A DNA stretch of 63,738 nt, filler included, from Octopus bimaculoides (lineage: Eukaryota), in the NCBI RefSeq assembly GCF_001194135.2. It is 10 parts of 10 records of this genome, joined end to end, with 100 filler letters (N's around TTAATTAATTAA, not from the genome) between each part and the next. Parts side by side here need not be neighbours in the genome. Positions count along the whole stretch, not along the records: positions 1 to 13,595 come from NC_068983.1; positions 13,696 to 18,820 come from NC_068989.1; positions 18,921 to 23,232 come from NC_069006.1; positions 23,333 to 25,897 come from NC_068999.1; 6 more parts are not named here. One strand, given 5' to 3'. Position numbers and translations under genes: made by a program. Below are positions 12,762-24,595 of this stretch, piece by piece (positions within the stretch are counted from its first letter, which is position 1; the number at the start of each line of letters is the position of its first letter). Under the pieces are notes generated by a model that searched no databases, was not told the DNA's origin, and saw nothing but the letters and a program-made list of their open reading frames with translations.

Positions 12762-13249
12762 GTATGTATCTATATCTGTAGATGTCCATACACACTGATG
12801 TGTGTTGTGTGTGTATGTGTGGGCTTGTGTGAATGTGCCTGTCTACCTAGATGAGAATCTTTGTATGCGTGTTGCATACCCCTAGAGATAGAAGGAACGA
12901 AATTGATTGGGAGATTACGAAAAAGAGAAAGACGAATAAAGAAAGCAAAAAGAGGAAAGGAAAGGAAGAAAAATAGGAAACCAGTAAAAGAAGAGGGAAT
13001 TGGTGAATATCAGAGGGAGAAGTGAGAGAAAGAGAGAGAGCGGTCGAGAGAGAGGGAGATAGAGAGAGCGAGAGAGGGAGATAGAGAGAGCGAGAGAGGG
13101 GGAGGGAGGGAGGAAGGGGGATAGTGAGCAGGGAAAATGACAGCCATGATTACAAGTACGAATGCACTTTGTCTCTTGTGCCGTATCAGCCTGTATGTGT
13201 GAATAAGCACATACGTGTATGTGCGTGCGTGCGCATCCATATATTGTGA

Positions 13250-13585
13250 AGGCGCATGGCTTAGTGGTTAGAGCGTCGAGCTTACGATCGCGAGGTTGTG
13301 AGTTTGAATCCAGGACCGGGCTGCGTGTTGTGTTCTTGAGCAAGACACTTTACTTCATGTTGCTCCAGTTCACTCAGCTGTAGAAATGAGTTGCGACGTC
13401 ACAGGTGCCAAACTGTATCGGACCCTTTGCCTTTCCCTTGGATAACATCGCTGGCATGGAGAGGAGAGGCTGGTATGCATGGATGACTGCTGGTCTTCCA
13501 TAAACAACCTTGCCCGGACTTGTACCTCGGAGGGTAACTTTCTAGGTGTAAACCCATGGTCAGTCATGACCGAAGGGGGTCTCAG
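13250..13585 (+). mobile_element. tRNA-derived CORE-like SINE, head 2 with tail Z
   Basis: A-box TGGCTTAGTGG, B-box-like AGTTTGAATCC and a CORE-like TGTTCTTGAGCAAGACACTTTACTT...CTCAGCTGTAGAAATGAG. The tail matches 47490-47750 and 48425-48640. Confidence 0.85.
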
Positions 13586-13595
13586 CATATATATA

Positions 13596-13695
13596 NNNNN
13601 NNNNNNNNNNNNNNNNNNNNNNNNNNNNNNNNNNNNNNNTTAATTAATTAANNNNNNNNNNNNNNNNNNNNNNNNNNNNNNNNNNNNNNNNNNNN
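13596..13695. other. Artificial 100-nt gap spacer N44-TTAATTAATTAA-N44 (nine such spacers in the window)
   Basis: The identical 12-mer, with stops in all six frames, sits at the centre of N runs at about 13640, 18865, 23277, 25942, 33765, 41364, 49707, 52784 and 57506. Confidence 0.95.
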
Positions 13696-14310
13696 CCCAC
13701 TTCCTCATCCCCTCTCTGTCTCTCTTCCTCCTCTCTCTCTCCCGCCCACTCTCTTCATTTATTCTGGATGCAACAGCAGTTAAAATTTCAAAGGATTCCA
13801 ACTATTTAATACTTTCCACAGATTCTAAGTGTTGTGCATAGCGTGAATATGGAAATATTTTAAAAGATTGCTACACAGATTCATTCCTAAGATCCCGGAA
13901 GGACCACCCAACTACGCGATATCGTATGTCATCTAACAAATGGCCGAAATATAAGATGTAGCAAAGATGGAAGTATTCGCAAGGCACACGCATAAAGCGG
14001 TTGATTGAAACATATACGAGATTAAACAGCCACATATACAGAGCTATGCAGATTATGGATACTAAGTGCTAATCCAAATGGAAAGTGTTTGGAATGGAGC
14101 CTACGTAAAGAATGCTAGTTCAGCCAGGGGATAAAATAAAAAGGTTATGCAGAGAAGAAAAGGAACGAGTTGAAAGTTTTGACTAATTATACGAAAACAT
14201 GTGAACATGCACGCCATATTTAAAATTCGCGGTGTCAGCAGAAAGGAAGTGGGCGTTTGTGATTACAAAAATGTTTACATTGCATATGTGAATACATATA
14301 TGCACAACAT

Positions 14311-14383
<73 letters not shown>

Positions 14384-14825
14384 NNNNNNNNNNNNNNNNN
14401 NNNNNNNNNNNNNNNNNNNNNNNNNNNNNNNNNNNNNNNNNNNNNNNNNNNNNNNNNNNNNNNNNNNNNNNNNNNNNNNNNNNNNNNNNNNNNNNNNNNN
14501 NNNNNNNNNNNNNNNNNNNNNNNNNNNNNNNNNNNNNNNNNNNNNNNNNNNNNNNNNNNNNNNNNNNNNNNNNNNNNNNNNNNNNNNNNNNNNNNNNNNN
14601 NNNNNNNNNNNNNNNNNNNNNNNNNNNNNNNNNNNNNNNNNNNNNNNNNNNNNNNNNNNNNNNNNNNNNNNNNNNNNNNNNNNNNNNNNNNNNNNNNNNN
14701 NNNNNNNNNNNNNNNNNNNNNNNNNNNNNNNNNNNNNNNNNNNNNNNNNNNNNNNNNNNNNNNNNNNNNNNNNNNNNNNNNNNNNNNNNNNNNNNNNNNN
14801 NNNNNNNNNNNNNNNNNNNNNNNNN

Positions 14826-15060
14826 GGCTTAGTGGATAAGGTGTTGGACTCATGATCGTAGTAATGTGGTTTCGATTCCTGGACAGGGCGATGCGTTGTT
14901 CTTGAGCAAAACACTTCATTTCACGTTGCTCCTGTCCACTCAGCTGGTAAAAAGGAGTCCTCTTACGAAGGACTGGCGTCCCATCCAGGTGTGAAATATA
15001 TACGCCACTGAATCAGGGAAACCAGCCCTTATGAGCCTGGCATGGCTCGAGAGGAAACGC
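14826..15060 (+). mobile_element. CORE-like SINE, head 2 with tail Y
   Basis: GGCTTAGTGG...GGTTTCGATTCC...TTCTTGAGCAAAACACTT, then GACTGGCGTCCCATCCAGG...ATGAGCCTGGC, which matches 54185-54265 (minus). Confidence 0.8.
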
Positions 15061-15080
15061 TTATTATTTCTATATGCATG

Positions 15081-15144
<64 letters not shown>

Positions 15145-15164
15145 TAGAGAGATATATATATTTA

Positions 15165-18100
15165 GATGGAGAAGACGGGATCTATGGTATGATGCTGTGC
15201 CGTCCAGTTCTAGGATTGGTGTAGCTGTCAGTTCCAAAATTCAGAGCTAAACTCTCCAAGATCACCGCATATCTCTCTCGTCTTTTCTCCAGGGAATAGA
15301 GACTCAGCTCCTTTAGCCTCTCCCAGTACCCCATCTTTTGCATCGAGTCAATCTTCTTTGTGTATCGGCGCTGGATTGCTTCAAGTTCCACAGTTTTTTT
15401 TCGCACTCTCTGGGGACCAGAGTTGAGGTCAGTAGTCCAACCGGATGTCAACGAAAGTCCTCCATATGAGTAGCAGGGCTTTCCGTTTCCTGGTTCAGAA
15501 TGTCCTCCGAATCCATCTCGCCTGCACAGTGTTGCCATCTTGGTGATATGAACATGGAATGTTGCATCATTGCTGATGTGAACCCCCAGGTCACGCACCG
15601 ACTCTGACTCTGGGATCGTATTACCTCCTGGTCCAGTGAATTCCGTTTTCTCGCCTGGTGTTGGGCCGATAGCCTGGTGTTGGGCCGATAGCCTGGTGCA
15701 GTGCCTGAAATTTCATAACATCGAACTGTATGTTATTTTTGTTAGCCCATTTATATATTTCATTCGTGCAGTTTTATTATGTCCTCTGGGTTCCTAACTG
15801 TCTGCGATACTTTTATGTTGTCAGCATAACTAGTCAGAATGGCTGACTGTTCGGCAGAGAGCACGTCTGAGAGGGCCACCACAAATTGTAGTGACCCCGA
15901 TATAGTTCTCTGTGGGATTCCGCTGAGAATTGGTGTCTCTTCAGAGTGAGCACCATTGACTATAACTGTCTGACTCCTGCTCTCCAGTAAGTGATGCAGC
16001 CACTCTCCCAGTCTCCCAGTCTCCCTGTAATACTAACGTATCGCAGCTTGTGACATATCATGCCATGATCAAACTTATGGAAGGCCTTGGCAAAGTCGAA
16101 GTACATCACGTCTACAACTGACTGGCTTAGCTGTTGTTTCAGTACCCAGTCAAAGTACTGCAGCAGCTGTGTGAGACACCTCATCCCTAGACGGAAGTCA
16201 TGTTGCGTGTTTGCAAGAAGGTCGTTTTATTCTAGGCATGTGATCAGTCTTTTACTGACAATGCGTTCCATCATCTTGCTAACATGGGAGGACAGAGAAA
16301 TGGGCCTGTAGATTTTAGTATCTGCTCTGCTCCCCCCTTTGTGGACAGGGCATATTATACCCTCTTTTAACATGCTGAGAAGTTTATAACACGCAATGAA
16401 TCTCTATCTGCAGTGGCTTTGTAAGATCCTTTTTACATGTCTTTATGAGAACGGCTGGGAGTCCATCTGGGCGCATTGCTGAGTTCGATCTCATCTCATC
16501 GATGACCGATATTACATCCTCTTCTGTTATGTGGATGTAATCGATGGTTACTTCTTTTCCGAATAGATTCCTTACATTGAAAAACACCACAGGCTTGTTT
16601 ATTTGTATATTTTCCAGTGGAGAAGTGAAAACACTTCGGAATTGTTATTTAGTGCTTCAGTTATCTTCCCCGGGTCTGCAGTTAGTGAGCTGTTTTTACC
16701 AAATAGTGGTTCTATATTATAGCCTACTGAGACAGACTACTTTGCCAATGTGTACATGGCTTTAGGATTTCTTTTTATACTTTCGACTGCCCAGGTTTCT
16801 CTTTCTTTTTCATGGAGGTGTTTGAGTTTATATTCAATCTCGATGAATTCGTCTGCCAGGCGGAGTTTCACAGTCATTGAGGTGTTTATTTAAACGATTC
16901 GCATGAGTATTCTCCTGACACGGGCAATGGTGTTTTTTTTTCGTATTACCTCCCTTCTCTGGGATATATTTAATGCATATGAGTCGCATTTTGATATGAA
17001 TTTATTGAGTTTCATATCTATGTCTTGCATAGAGAGAGTTTTAGGTCAGTCATACTGGAGTATCTGTTTTTCAAGTCACTTCCAGTCAACCTTATAGAAA
17101 TTTAGGCTGGATAGGGTTTATGCGCCATCACTGCCAAGTTTATCTTTAGTTAATTCCGGCCATACATTGTCAGTTCTATCATGTTTATTAATGTCTGAGA
17201 ATATTGTCGGTGATATATTTACGTTGTAGATAATTTCTACATTCTTTGTAAAACAGAGGTCCAGGATATTTTTGTGCCTGGTTGGAGACAACATGATCTG
17301 CTCCATGAATTGCTTCATTTCGCTCTTTGTGCGTCATCCCTGGGGTTATGTTGCTCTCAGGCCACCTGATGTTGGAGAATATGAAGTCATCCATTATGAA
17401 TATAATAGTACGTTGATTCAATTGTATTAGTTCTTCTTTTATCGCACTGAGCATTTCCTCAAAATTTCCATCATGATTTGAAGCATCAGATGAGCGATAT
17501 AGAGTTTAATATCACTATATCAAGTTGTTTTAGATGTACTATGAGTGTCTCACACACAGAGTTCGCGGATATACATTGCAACTCCACGGGGACTCTTTCC
17601 CTTCTGCCTGTACGGAAGACAGCATACATTGGTATATGTATCTCCGCATCATTTATGTCTGTAATCAGATCTGTTTCTGCAAGCGCAATGCATATAGCTC
17701 GCTTACATTGTTCTGTAGCAGGCCACATAATTATTAGGAAAAATGGCATTGGTGTTGGTGTGGTGGGTGGCTTGGTGGTAGTGATATCCTACAGAGATCC
17801 ATCAATTGTGGCGGTCTTACGTGCGAGGGTACATAACTCAGCTTTGTATGTAGCCATGACAACCGTTGCACTATTTCCTGTGCCATACTTAAAAAATGTT
17901 GTTGTTCAACCGCTGCAGCTTGTACTGCATCAGCATATGAATTCTTTCTGGCCTCCTCTTCTGCAGGATTGTGCTGGGATATAGATTTTTCCAAATGTGG
18001 TTGTTTCTTTCGTAGTTTGAGTGATGGACTCTGCGCCAACGCTGGCAAAGCGGCAGTTTGTCCCTCTCTCTACATGCCAGCAGACACCTATTTTGTGGAA

Positions 18101-18190
18101 CTTGCAGTTAGACGTTTTTCTCTAAGAGTGGTTGATTTGGGTTTTTATTTTGGAACCATTTTCACTTGACTTTCGACTGCTTTCTTCTTT
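15165..18190 (-). mobile_element. Decayed, 3'-truncated CR1-group LINE (ORF1 with Cys motif, APE, RT)
   Basis: ORF1 shows CKFHKIGVCWHVERGTNCRF and SYADAVQ. APE shows AICIALAETDLITDINDAEIHIP and DILDLCFT-like NILDLCFT. RT shows YRPISL, YFDFAKAFHKFDHGMI and RDLGVHISND..FHVHI. Many stops and frameshifts. Confidence 0.9.
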
Positions 18191-18225
18191 TTCTACATTG
18201 CTGCTATATTATATATAGACGCATG

Positions 18226-18410
18226 AGTAGCTGTGTGGTAAGAGACATGTTTCCAAACCGTATGGTTCCGGGTTCAGTCCCACTGCGTGGCACCTTAGGC
18301 AAGTGCCTTCTACTATAGCCTCGTTCCGACCAAAGAATTGCGAGTGGATTTAGTAGACAGAAACTGAAAGAAGCCCCTATTATATATATGTATTTGTTTG
18401 TCTGTCTGTA
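18226..18410 (+). mobile_element. SINE family C 5' part
   Basis: GTAGCTGTGTGGTAAG...GGTTCCGGGTTCAGTCCCACTGCGTGGCACC...GAAACTGAAAGAAGCCC. Confidence 0.85.
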
Positions 18411-19363
18411 CATCCTACATCGCTTGATATATATATATATATATATATATAAAGTTATTAATATTTCTAAGTCTCTCTAAAGGAGACTACGGCAGCGGTA
18501 CTGGAAATTAATAGTTATCGCCAAGCCAACATGGCAGTCCCAAAATTAGGACGAAAGCTGCCGTGAATTAGCTCCAAGAAGCCATCGCCTCTAGCTAGCT
18601 ATGTGACACACGAAACCTGTGTCCTTTATAACCTTCGAACAGGGGAGGTCAGCAGTGTCCCCCTGCTGGTTTGGCATCTGCAGACTAGACTAGTTTCAGG
18701 GTGTTGCCCCTTGTCAATGCAGAGTAGCCAAGCCTTAGCCAGGCGGCGCTGCTGACTATCTGCTCGAAGGTTATTTATCTAATTTCAGTGGAATCTATCC
18801 ACTGGTTTTCAGAAATAGAGNNNNNNNNNNNNNNNNNNNNNNNNNNNNNNNNNNNNNNNNNNNNTTAATTAATTAANNNNNNNNNNNNNNNNNNNNNNNN
18901 NNNNNNNNNNNNNNNNNNNNTATATATATATATATATATATATGGCTTGACCGCCGCTCGCACAACACCTTATTTTCCTGTCTCCTGACTTTCACCTATG
19001 TTTGTTGACGTAAGGCTTCCACTTTACAATTAACTTGGCCTTTTAGTCGAAAGATACCTGCTGTTATTCTTCTTGTTTGTATTTGCAATCGTGTAACATT
19101 CTCTCCGTCTCCTCATTTTTTTTTTTTGTCATTGTTGTCGCACATATTCGCCCGCTTTCTTCCAAAAATTTAAAGCCTTTAGCTTAGATTTTTGGGGCCA
19201 GTCAATTTTGAACAGTAACAAGCCGAAACTGTAGTGACAATTGGAAACTTGACTGAGGAATAGAAATCCACAAATGTTCCGTCCTGGTTTTCCTGTCAGT
19301 CTTTGTATCATCCATCTGTCCGTATGATTTCATTGTCATCCGTTATGTTCTTCTGTTTTTTGG

Positions 19364-19413
<50 letters not shown>

Positions 19414-19454
19414 ATCTATATCTATCTATCTATATATATATACATATATATAAG

Positions 19455-19850
19455 ATGTGGCTGTGTGTTAAGAAGCTTGCTTCCCAATCACGTGGTTCCT
19501 GGTTCAGTCTCACTGCGTGGCACTTTGGGCAAGTGTCTTCTACTATAGCCTTGGGCCGATCAAAGCCTTGTGGGTGAATCTGGTAGACGAAAACTGAAAG
19601 AAGCTCGTCGTATATACATGTATATGTATCTGTGTGTGTGTCTGTGTTTTTCCCTGCAATCACCACTTGACAACCGGTGTTGGTGTGTTTAGATTTCCCA
19701 TATATATATTCTAGCAGTTCGGCAAAATGAACCGATAAAATAAGTACCATGCTTAAAAATAAGTTCTGGGGTCGACTCATTCGACTAAAAATTCAAGGCA
19801 GTGCCACAGCATGGCCGCAGTCTAACGAGTGAAACAAATGAAAGATAAAA
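19455..19850 (+). mobile_element. Near-full-length SINE family C with internal microsatellite
   Basis: Head, an internal (TA/TG)n tract, CTTGACAACCGGTGTTGGTGTGTTTA and the tail CAGCATGGCCGCAGTC..GAAACAAATGAAAGATAAAAG. Confidence 0.85.
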
Positions 19851-19914
19851 GATAGGAGATATGGCAGCTGAGTTATGTTTGTGCCTCTTACATGCTTTAT
19901 TAGCAAACTATCAC

Positions 19915-19949
<35 letters not shown>

Positions 19950-19953
<4 letters not shown>

Positions 19954-20170
19954 CCTTCCTACTATAGGCAGAAGGACTGGAATTTTTGGTGGTGGGGGTG
20001 GGAGGTCAATCACATCGACCCCTTTTTTCTGACTGGTACTTTAATTTATCGTCCCGAAAGATTGAAAGGCAAAGTCTGTCCCGCCGGAATTTGAGCTGAG
20101 AACGTAAGGACGAACAAAATGCCGCTAACCATATTGTCCGGCAAGCTGACGATTCTGTTAGCTCACTGCC
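19950..20170 (-). mobile_element. SINE family D
   Basis: Reverse complement of the 9910 family. (AAT)n and (AAC)n tracts flank it. Confidence 0.75.
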
Positions 20171-20172
20171 TC

Positions 20173-20205
<33 letters not shown>

Positions 20206-20218
20206 AATAATAATAATG

Positions 20219-20268
<50 letters not shown>

Positions 20269-20274
20269 GTATAA

Positions 20275-20480
20275 TAAAAAAATATTCAGACAAATACATA
20301 ACAAAAACACCAGGACTTACAAATATATATAACATACAGAAAATTGCACTACTGGGTACTGCACACATTCTACGCAAAACACTTTCAATACAGTAAACAT
20401 AAGAGCACCACAGCACATACCCAAGGCGCACAGAGCTGCGCTCGGTAGTGAAGTGAAAGCACGTTATAAAAATAAAACTA

Positions 20481-20490
<10 letters not shown>
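20275..20490 (+). mobile_element. R4/Dong-like extreme 3' end
   Basis: QKIALLGTAHILRKTL-type C-terminus plus the 3' UTR ...GCTCGGTAGTGAAGTGAAAGCACGTTATAAAAATAAAACTACTG, matching 3712-3900. (AAT)n lies on both sides. Confidence 0.85.
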
Positions 20491-20522
<32 letters not shown>

Positions 20523-20712
20523 CTCTTCTGCTAAAGGCACAAGGTTGCATTGGCTTTTGAGAATGTATATAGAAATTGCTTGTGTAACATGCTAGAAGAC
20601 GGACATTCCTTTTGCAGCTAATAACTGATGATTATAATAAGATTAATTCTAACAGTTTCGATAATTATAAAAAGAAATTTTAACATGAAATACACGTTTT
20701 TTCTACTTGAAG

Positions 20713-20858
20713 AATACAAAGTGTGGCACCCCCATGTAACAGAATAAATGACTGCAGTAAAAAGCAAGACGGACCGTACGCCGATGTTTCCGAAGGTTGC
20801 AGCAGTTATTACACATGTTACAGACATCAGTTCGTTGGTCGTAACTTCTGTCCGGGTG
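20713..20858 (+). CDS. Internal exon of a chitin-binding type-2 (CBM14/peritrophin-A) domain protein
   Basis: IQSVAPPCNRINDCSKKQDGPYADVSEGCSSYYTCYRHQFVGRNFCPG, followed by the consensus donor G|GTAAGT at 20859. The acceptor is ttgaag| at 20712, or alternatively caaag| at 20721. Confidence 0.85.
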
Positions 20859-20884
20859 GTAAGTCACCATTTAAAATTTTTTTT

Positions 20885-21180
20885 ATCTTTTCATCATTTA
20901 CTTGTTTCAGTCATAGAACTAATCGATCCCACGACTTATTTCATGTTACAGTCGTTGGACTGAGCCCATGCTGGGGCACCGCCATGAAGTGTTTTAGTAG
21001 AACTAATCGATCCCACGATTTATTTCTGTTTCACTCGTTGGACTGCGCCCATGCTGGGGCACCGCCATGAAGGTTTTAGTAGAACTAATCGACCCCATGA
21101 CATGTTTCTTGATACAGTCGTTGGACTTCGCCCATGCTGGAGCACTGTCATGAAGGGTTTTAATAGAACTAATCGTTCCT
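20885..21180 (-). repeat. Tandem array (about 3.2 x 82-84 bp) derived from the SINE C tail, inside the CBM14 intron
   Basis: GAACTAATCG recurs at 20916, 21000, 21082 and 21166, with CCCATGCTGGGGCACCGCC in between. Confidence 0.85.
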
Positions 21181-22187
21181 CTATGATTTTACCAGGAATA
21201 CAAGATGGAGATGATGTATAGATAACGTCTGTTACTGTATGTCATACAGTTCTGGACATGACTGGAAACTGTATCCGATAGTGAATCCTTGTTTCTGTGA
21301 TTCCAGGGTCTTGAAGCGTGTGGAACTGTCCCTTAGCCACTATTGTTCCCAGGTCTATTCTAACGAAGAGTGGTAGCAGCTGTTAGGGTCCCAGCTATGG
21401 GTTAATTTACATATACGGCTTGCCGACCTATGCATGTGAATAATGGATCCAGTGGTAGAAGAAACCTTCATAGTTCAATAAAGGGGAAAAGCGGCTGCAA
21501 GCATTGTGGCGTACAGAGTGTAAGATGAGTCAACTTCATCCGTCTCCATCCCCAAGTTATTTTGACCTGATCTTGTCACTTGGTTGAAGATGGTTACGGT
21601 CGAGAGAATGGGGCTCTTGGTGTAAGGCATCATTCATCCATATATGCTTGATGAGATGGACCTCGTCACTCCGACAGACAAACACAGACACGCATATTGC
21701 GTTTCGCTAACAGGCAGTGCATGGTACCAGAATTTTCGACTCGAGGCAAATCGTTGTTAGAGCATCCGCGTAAGTGGAGTCTGGACCGGTATTTTGTACT
21801 GGCATCGACTCATATAAGTTGTAATAATGAAATCAAACCAAAACGGTGATATTTTGAAATCATTTTCCATGTACGTTTCAGGTCCACTTAATGCATAATA
21901 GGAAATGCATATCCATTATGCAAGATCTTCCTCAGTTAAAACATTTCAATATATTCTGAAATACTTTAACTGAAGAAGGTCTTACGTATTGGATGCATTT
22001 CCAGTTATATATCATATAGACCTGAGATGTAACTGTTATGATTTCAAAATATAACTATTTGGCTTAACTTCATTATTACACCTTACCTGTATGTGTGTGT
22101 GTGTGTGTNNNNNNNNNNNNNNNNNNNNNNNNNNNNNNNNNNNNNNNNNNNNNNNNNNNNNNNNNNNNNNNNNNNNNNNNNNNNNNN

Positions 22188-22226
<39 letters not shown>

Positions 22227-22406
22227 TATATGATAGGATTGCTTCAATATTTCAGGGATAGTCTGAAGTATCTAAGCAACCAGAGGATAGTTAAATCCAT
22301 ATATATATAACTAGCGTCGTGACGTCTTAATAAACCCCACAAGATTAATTTACTCGAATATTTCAGCAAGTTTAATAATACATTCGACCTTTGTTTTATT
22401 TTGTAG

Positions 22407-22468
22407 ATCTTATTTTCAATCAAGCTAAAAGAGTCTGTGATTATAAGGACAGTGCCACGTGCAAATAA
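22407..22468 (+). CDS. Terminal coding exon of the CBM14 protein
   Basis: Acceptor tttgttttattttgtag| and phase match give (D)LIFNQAKRVCDYKDSATCK*, completing CPxxLxFNxxxxxCDyxxxxxC. AATAAA occurs at 22464 and 22522. Confidence 0.88.
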
Positions 22469-22584
22469 AATCCAGCCGAACACACGCACGCACACACATA
22501 GATCATTTATGAATATTCAGTAATAAAATCAGATACTTTATTACAAAATTTAATATTTTCAGCATGGTTTTCTTTTCTTTTGGC

Positions 22585-23232
22585 AATTGTTGTTGTTGTT
22601 GTTATTTACTTTTAATCTGCATGTTTGTTGCAATCGCTTGCCGAAACGCATCCATCGTCCTGGGGTAAGTGAAAGATAAGAGATGCTAGAATATAACTGA
22701 AAGCTTGAGGAGAAGAAGTGGCAGGGACAGTAGCGAAATATCTCCATGTAATACAACACAGACATTTAAATAGATAGGGTTTTTCTAAAGATGTGGGCAG
22801 TACTTAGCACAATCTTTTAGATTTCTCTGAGACATGGTTCTCCTGGGATGTTGTCTAGGTGTTTCTGACGTCCCTTCTTTATCATACCTAGGGCACCTAC
22901 AATAACAGGAACAGTTCTCGCTTTAAGATGCCACATCTTTTGTGTTTCAATTTCCAAGTCCTTATAAGGACTAAGTTTGTCAAATTCCATTACAGATATA
23001 TTTTTATCTGTGGGAACACTTACTTCTGTTAGTCTACAAGTATTTTCTTTCTTATTTTTAATATTTATGTCTGGTCGATTAGCCTAGATCGTTCTGTGGG
23101 TTTTGACTGGAAAATACCAGAGGATGATAACATTTTTTACCTTCAACGACTGGCTCAGGATGATGTTCATACCAGTAAGCAGGAGTGCTGATTTTATAGT
23201 GTTTACATGTAAATACTGTCCTATCCTATCGT
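22585..23232 (-). mobile_element. R4/Dong-like RLE 3' fragment
   Basis: WYEHHPEPVVEGKNVIILW...RPDINIKNKKENTCRLTEVSVPTDKNISVMEFDKLSPYKDLEIETQKMWHLK..VPVIVGALG is a PD-(D/E)xK RLE domain. It ends in a (CAA)n tail. Confidence 0.85.
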
Positions 23233-24184
23233 NNNNNNNNNNNNNNNNNNNNNNNNNNNNNNNNNNNNNNNNNNNNTTAATTAATTAANNNNNNNNNNNN
23301 NNNNNNNNNNNNNNNNNNNNNNNNNNNNNNNNATTGTTTCTTTCTTTCTTTCTTTCCTTTTCTTCGGCTGTTAGTTGTTGATTTATTTATTTATCTATTT
23401 ATTCATTAATTTTTTTCTTTTATTTCTTTGTTGGCCTCCTTCCTCGTCTGATGAACGAGCGATCAGGCCGAAAATTGCCGGAGAATGTCAAGGCTATTTG
23501 AAGAGTAAAGTGGAGGGATGTGGGTGCGGTGGGGGTGGAGGAAAGAAGGAAAAAAAAAAGAAGAGGGGGGATATATAGAGCAAAAGGAATTATTTGTTTA
23601 AAGAGGGAAGAGAAAAAGAAAAAAAAGAAACGATATACCTGAGGGAGGGCGAAGAGTATGGAGGGGAAACGAAAGATAGATAGGTAGAAAGAGCGAGAGA
23701 GTAGACGAGACGAAGTGAATAAGGAAGGAAGATCTTTTCAGCAGATGGAATCGTTTAGTATATATATCTCCACACAAAACGCTCCCATATTCATTTTGCA
23801 CGTATTTAAAAGTGTGTCTACCAACCTAGCCAAAAACCCTGCCTTCTACCAAACATACACACACACATATTCAATCCGAATCATTGTATTCAAGAAGCGA
23901 GCAGAAGAGAACAGTGAACCGCCGCCAACAACCAACGCCACCGCACGTACCAACCAGCCATTTTATCGACCCCCCGTTTCCACCATCTCGGTCTCTCTCT
24001 CTCTCTCTCTCTCTTAATCCATCACATTTTTATATAAACATAGAGGGAAGACAATCTCCGACCTTGTCTCCGTTTCCTTCTCGCAATCGTTAAAAAAAAA
24101 CAACCTAATGTTACTAATATCCGCTTATTTTATAATGAAAAGAAAAACAAGTACGGGTAAGATAATGATGGTTTTAAATTTTGA

Positions 24185-24554
24185 CACAAGGCCTGCAATT
24201 TCGAACTGATTACATTGACCCCTCAGTGATCAACTGGTACTTATTTTATGGACCCCGAGANNNNNNNNNNNNNNNNNNNNNNNNNNNNNNNNNNNNNNNN
24301 NNNNNNNNNNNNNNNNNNNNNNNNNATAATAAGTACTATTTCAAATTTTTTTTTTCCACAAGGGCAGCTTGGGAGAGGTGGGGGGATGAGTCGATTACAT
24401 CGACCCGAGTATTCAACTGATACTTAATTTATCGACCCCGAAAGGACGAAATGCAAAGTCGACCACGGCGGAATTTAAACTCATAATGTGCAGACAGACA
24501 AAATGTCGCAAAGAATTTTGTCCGGTGTGCTAACGATTCTGCCAGCTCGCCGCC

Positions 24555-24560
<6 letters not shown>
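24185..24560 (-). mobile_element. SINE family D pieces separated by an N gap
   Basis: AACTGGTACTTA..TT.ATCGACCCCGAAAGG..GAAA.GCAAAGTCGACC.CGGCGGAATTT. Confidence 0.75.

Positions 24561-24595
<35 letters not shown>

Noticed and set aside
13250-13320. tRNA-like heads with A and B boxes (also at 14826, 25870, 54472)
   Set aside because: Each continues into a SINE body and lacks a complete cloverleaf, so these are SINE heads and not tRNA genes.
19861-19916. MAAELCLCLLHALLANYH as a first exon for the CBM14 gene
   Set aside because: It ends in phase 1 while the next exon needs phase 2, it abuts a SINE tail, and it is a poor signal peptide.
23446-23475. CTGATGA...GCCGAAA hammerhead-like core
   Set aside because: No stem II pairing exists between the core halves, and stems I and III cannot be formed.
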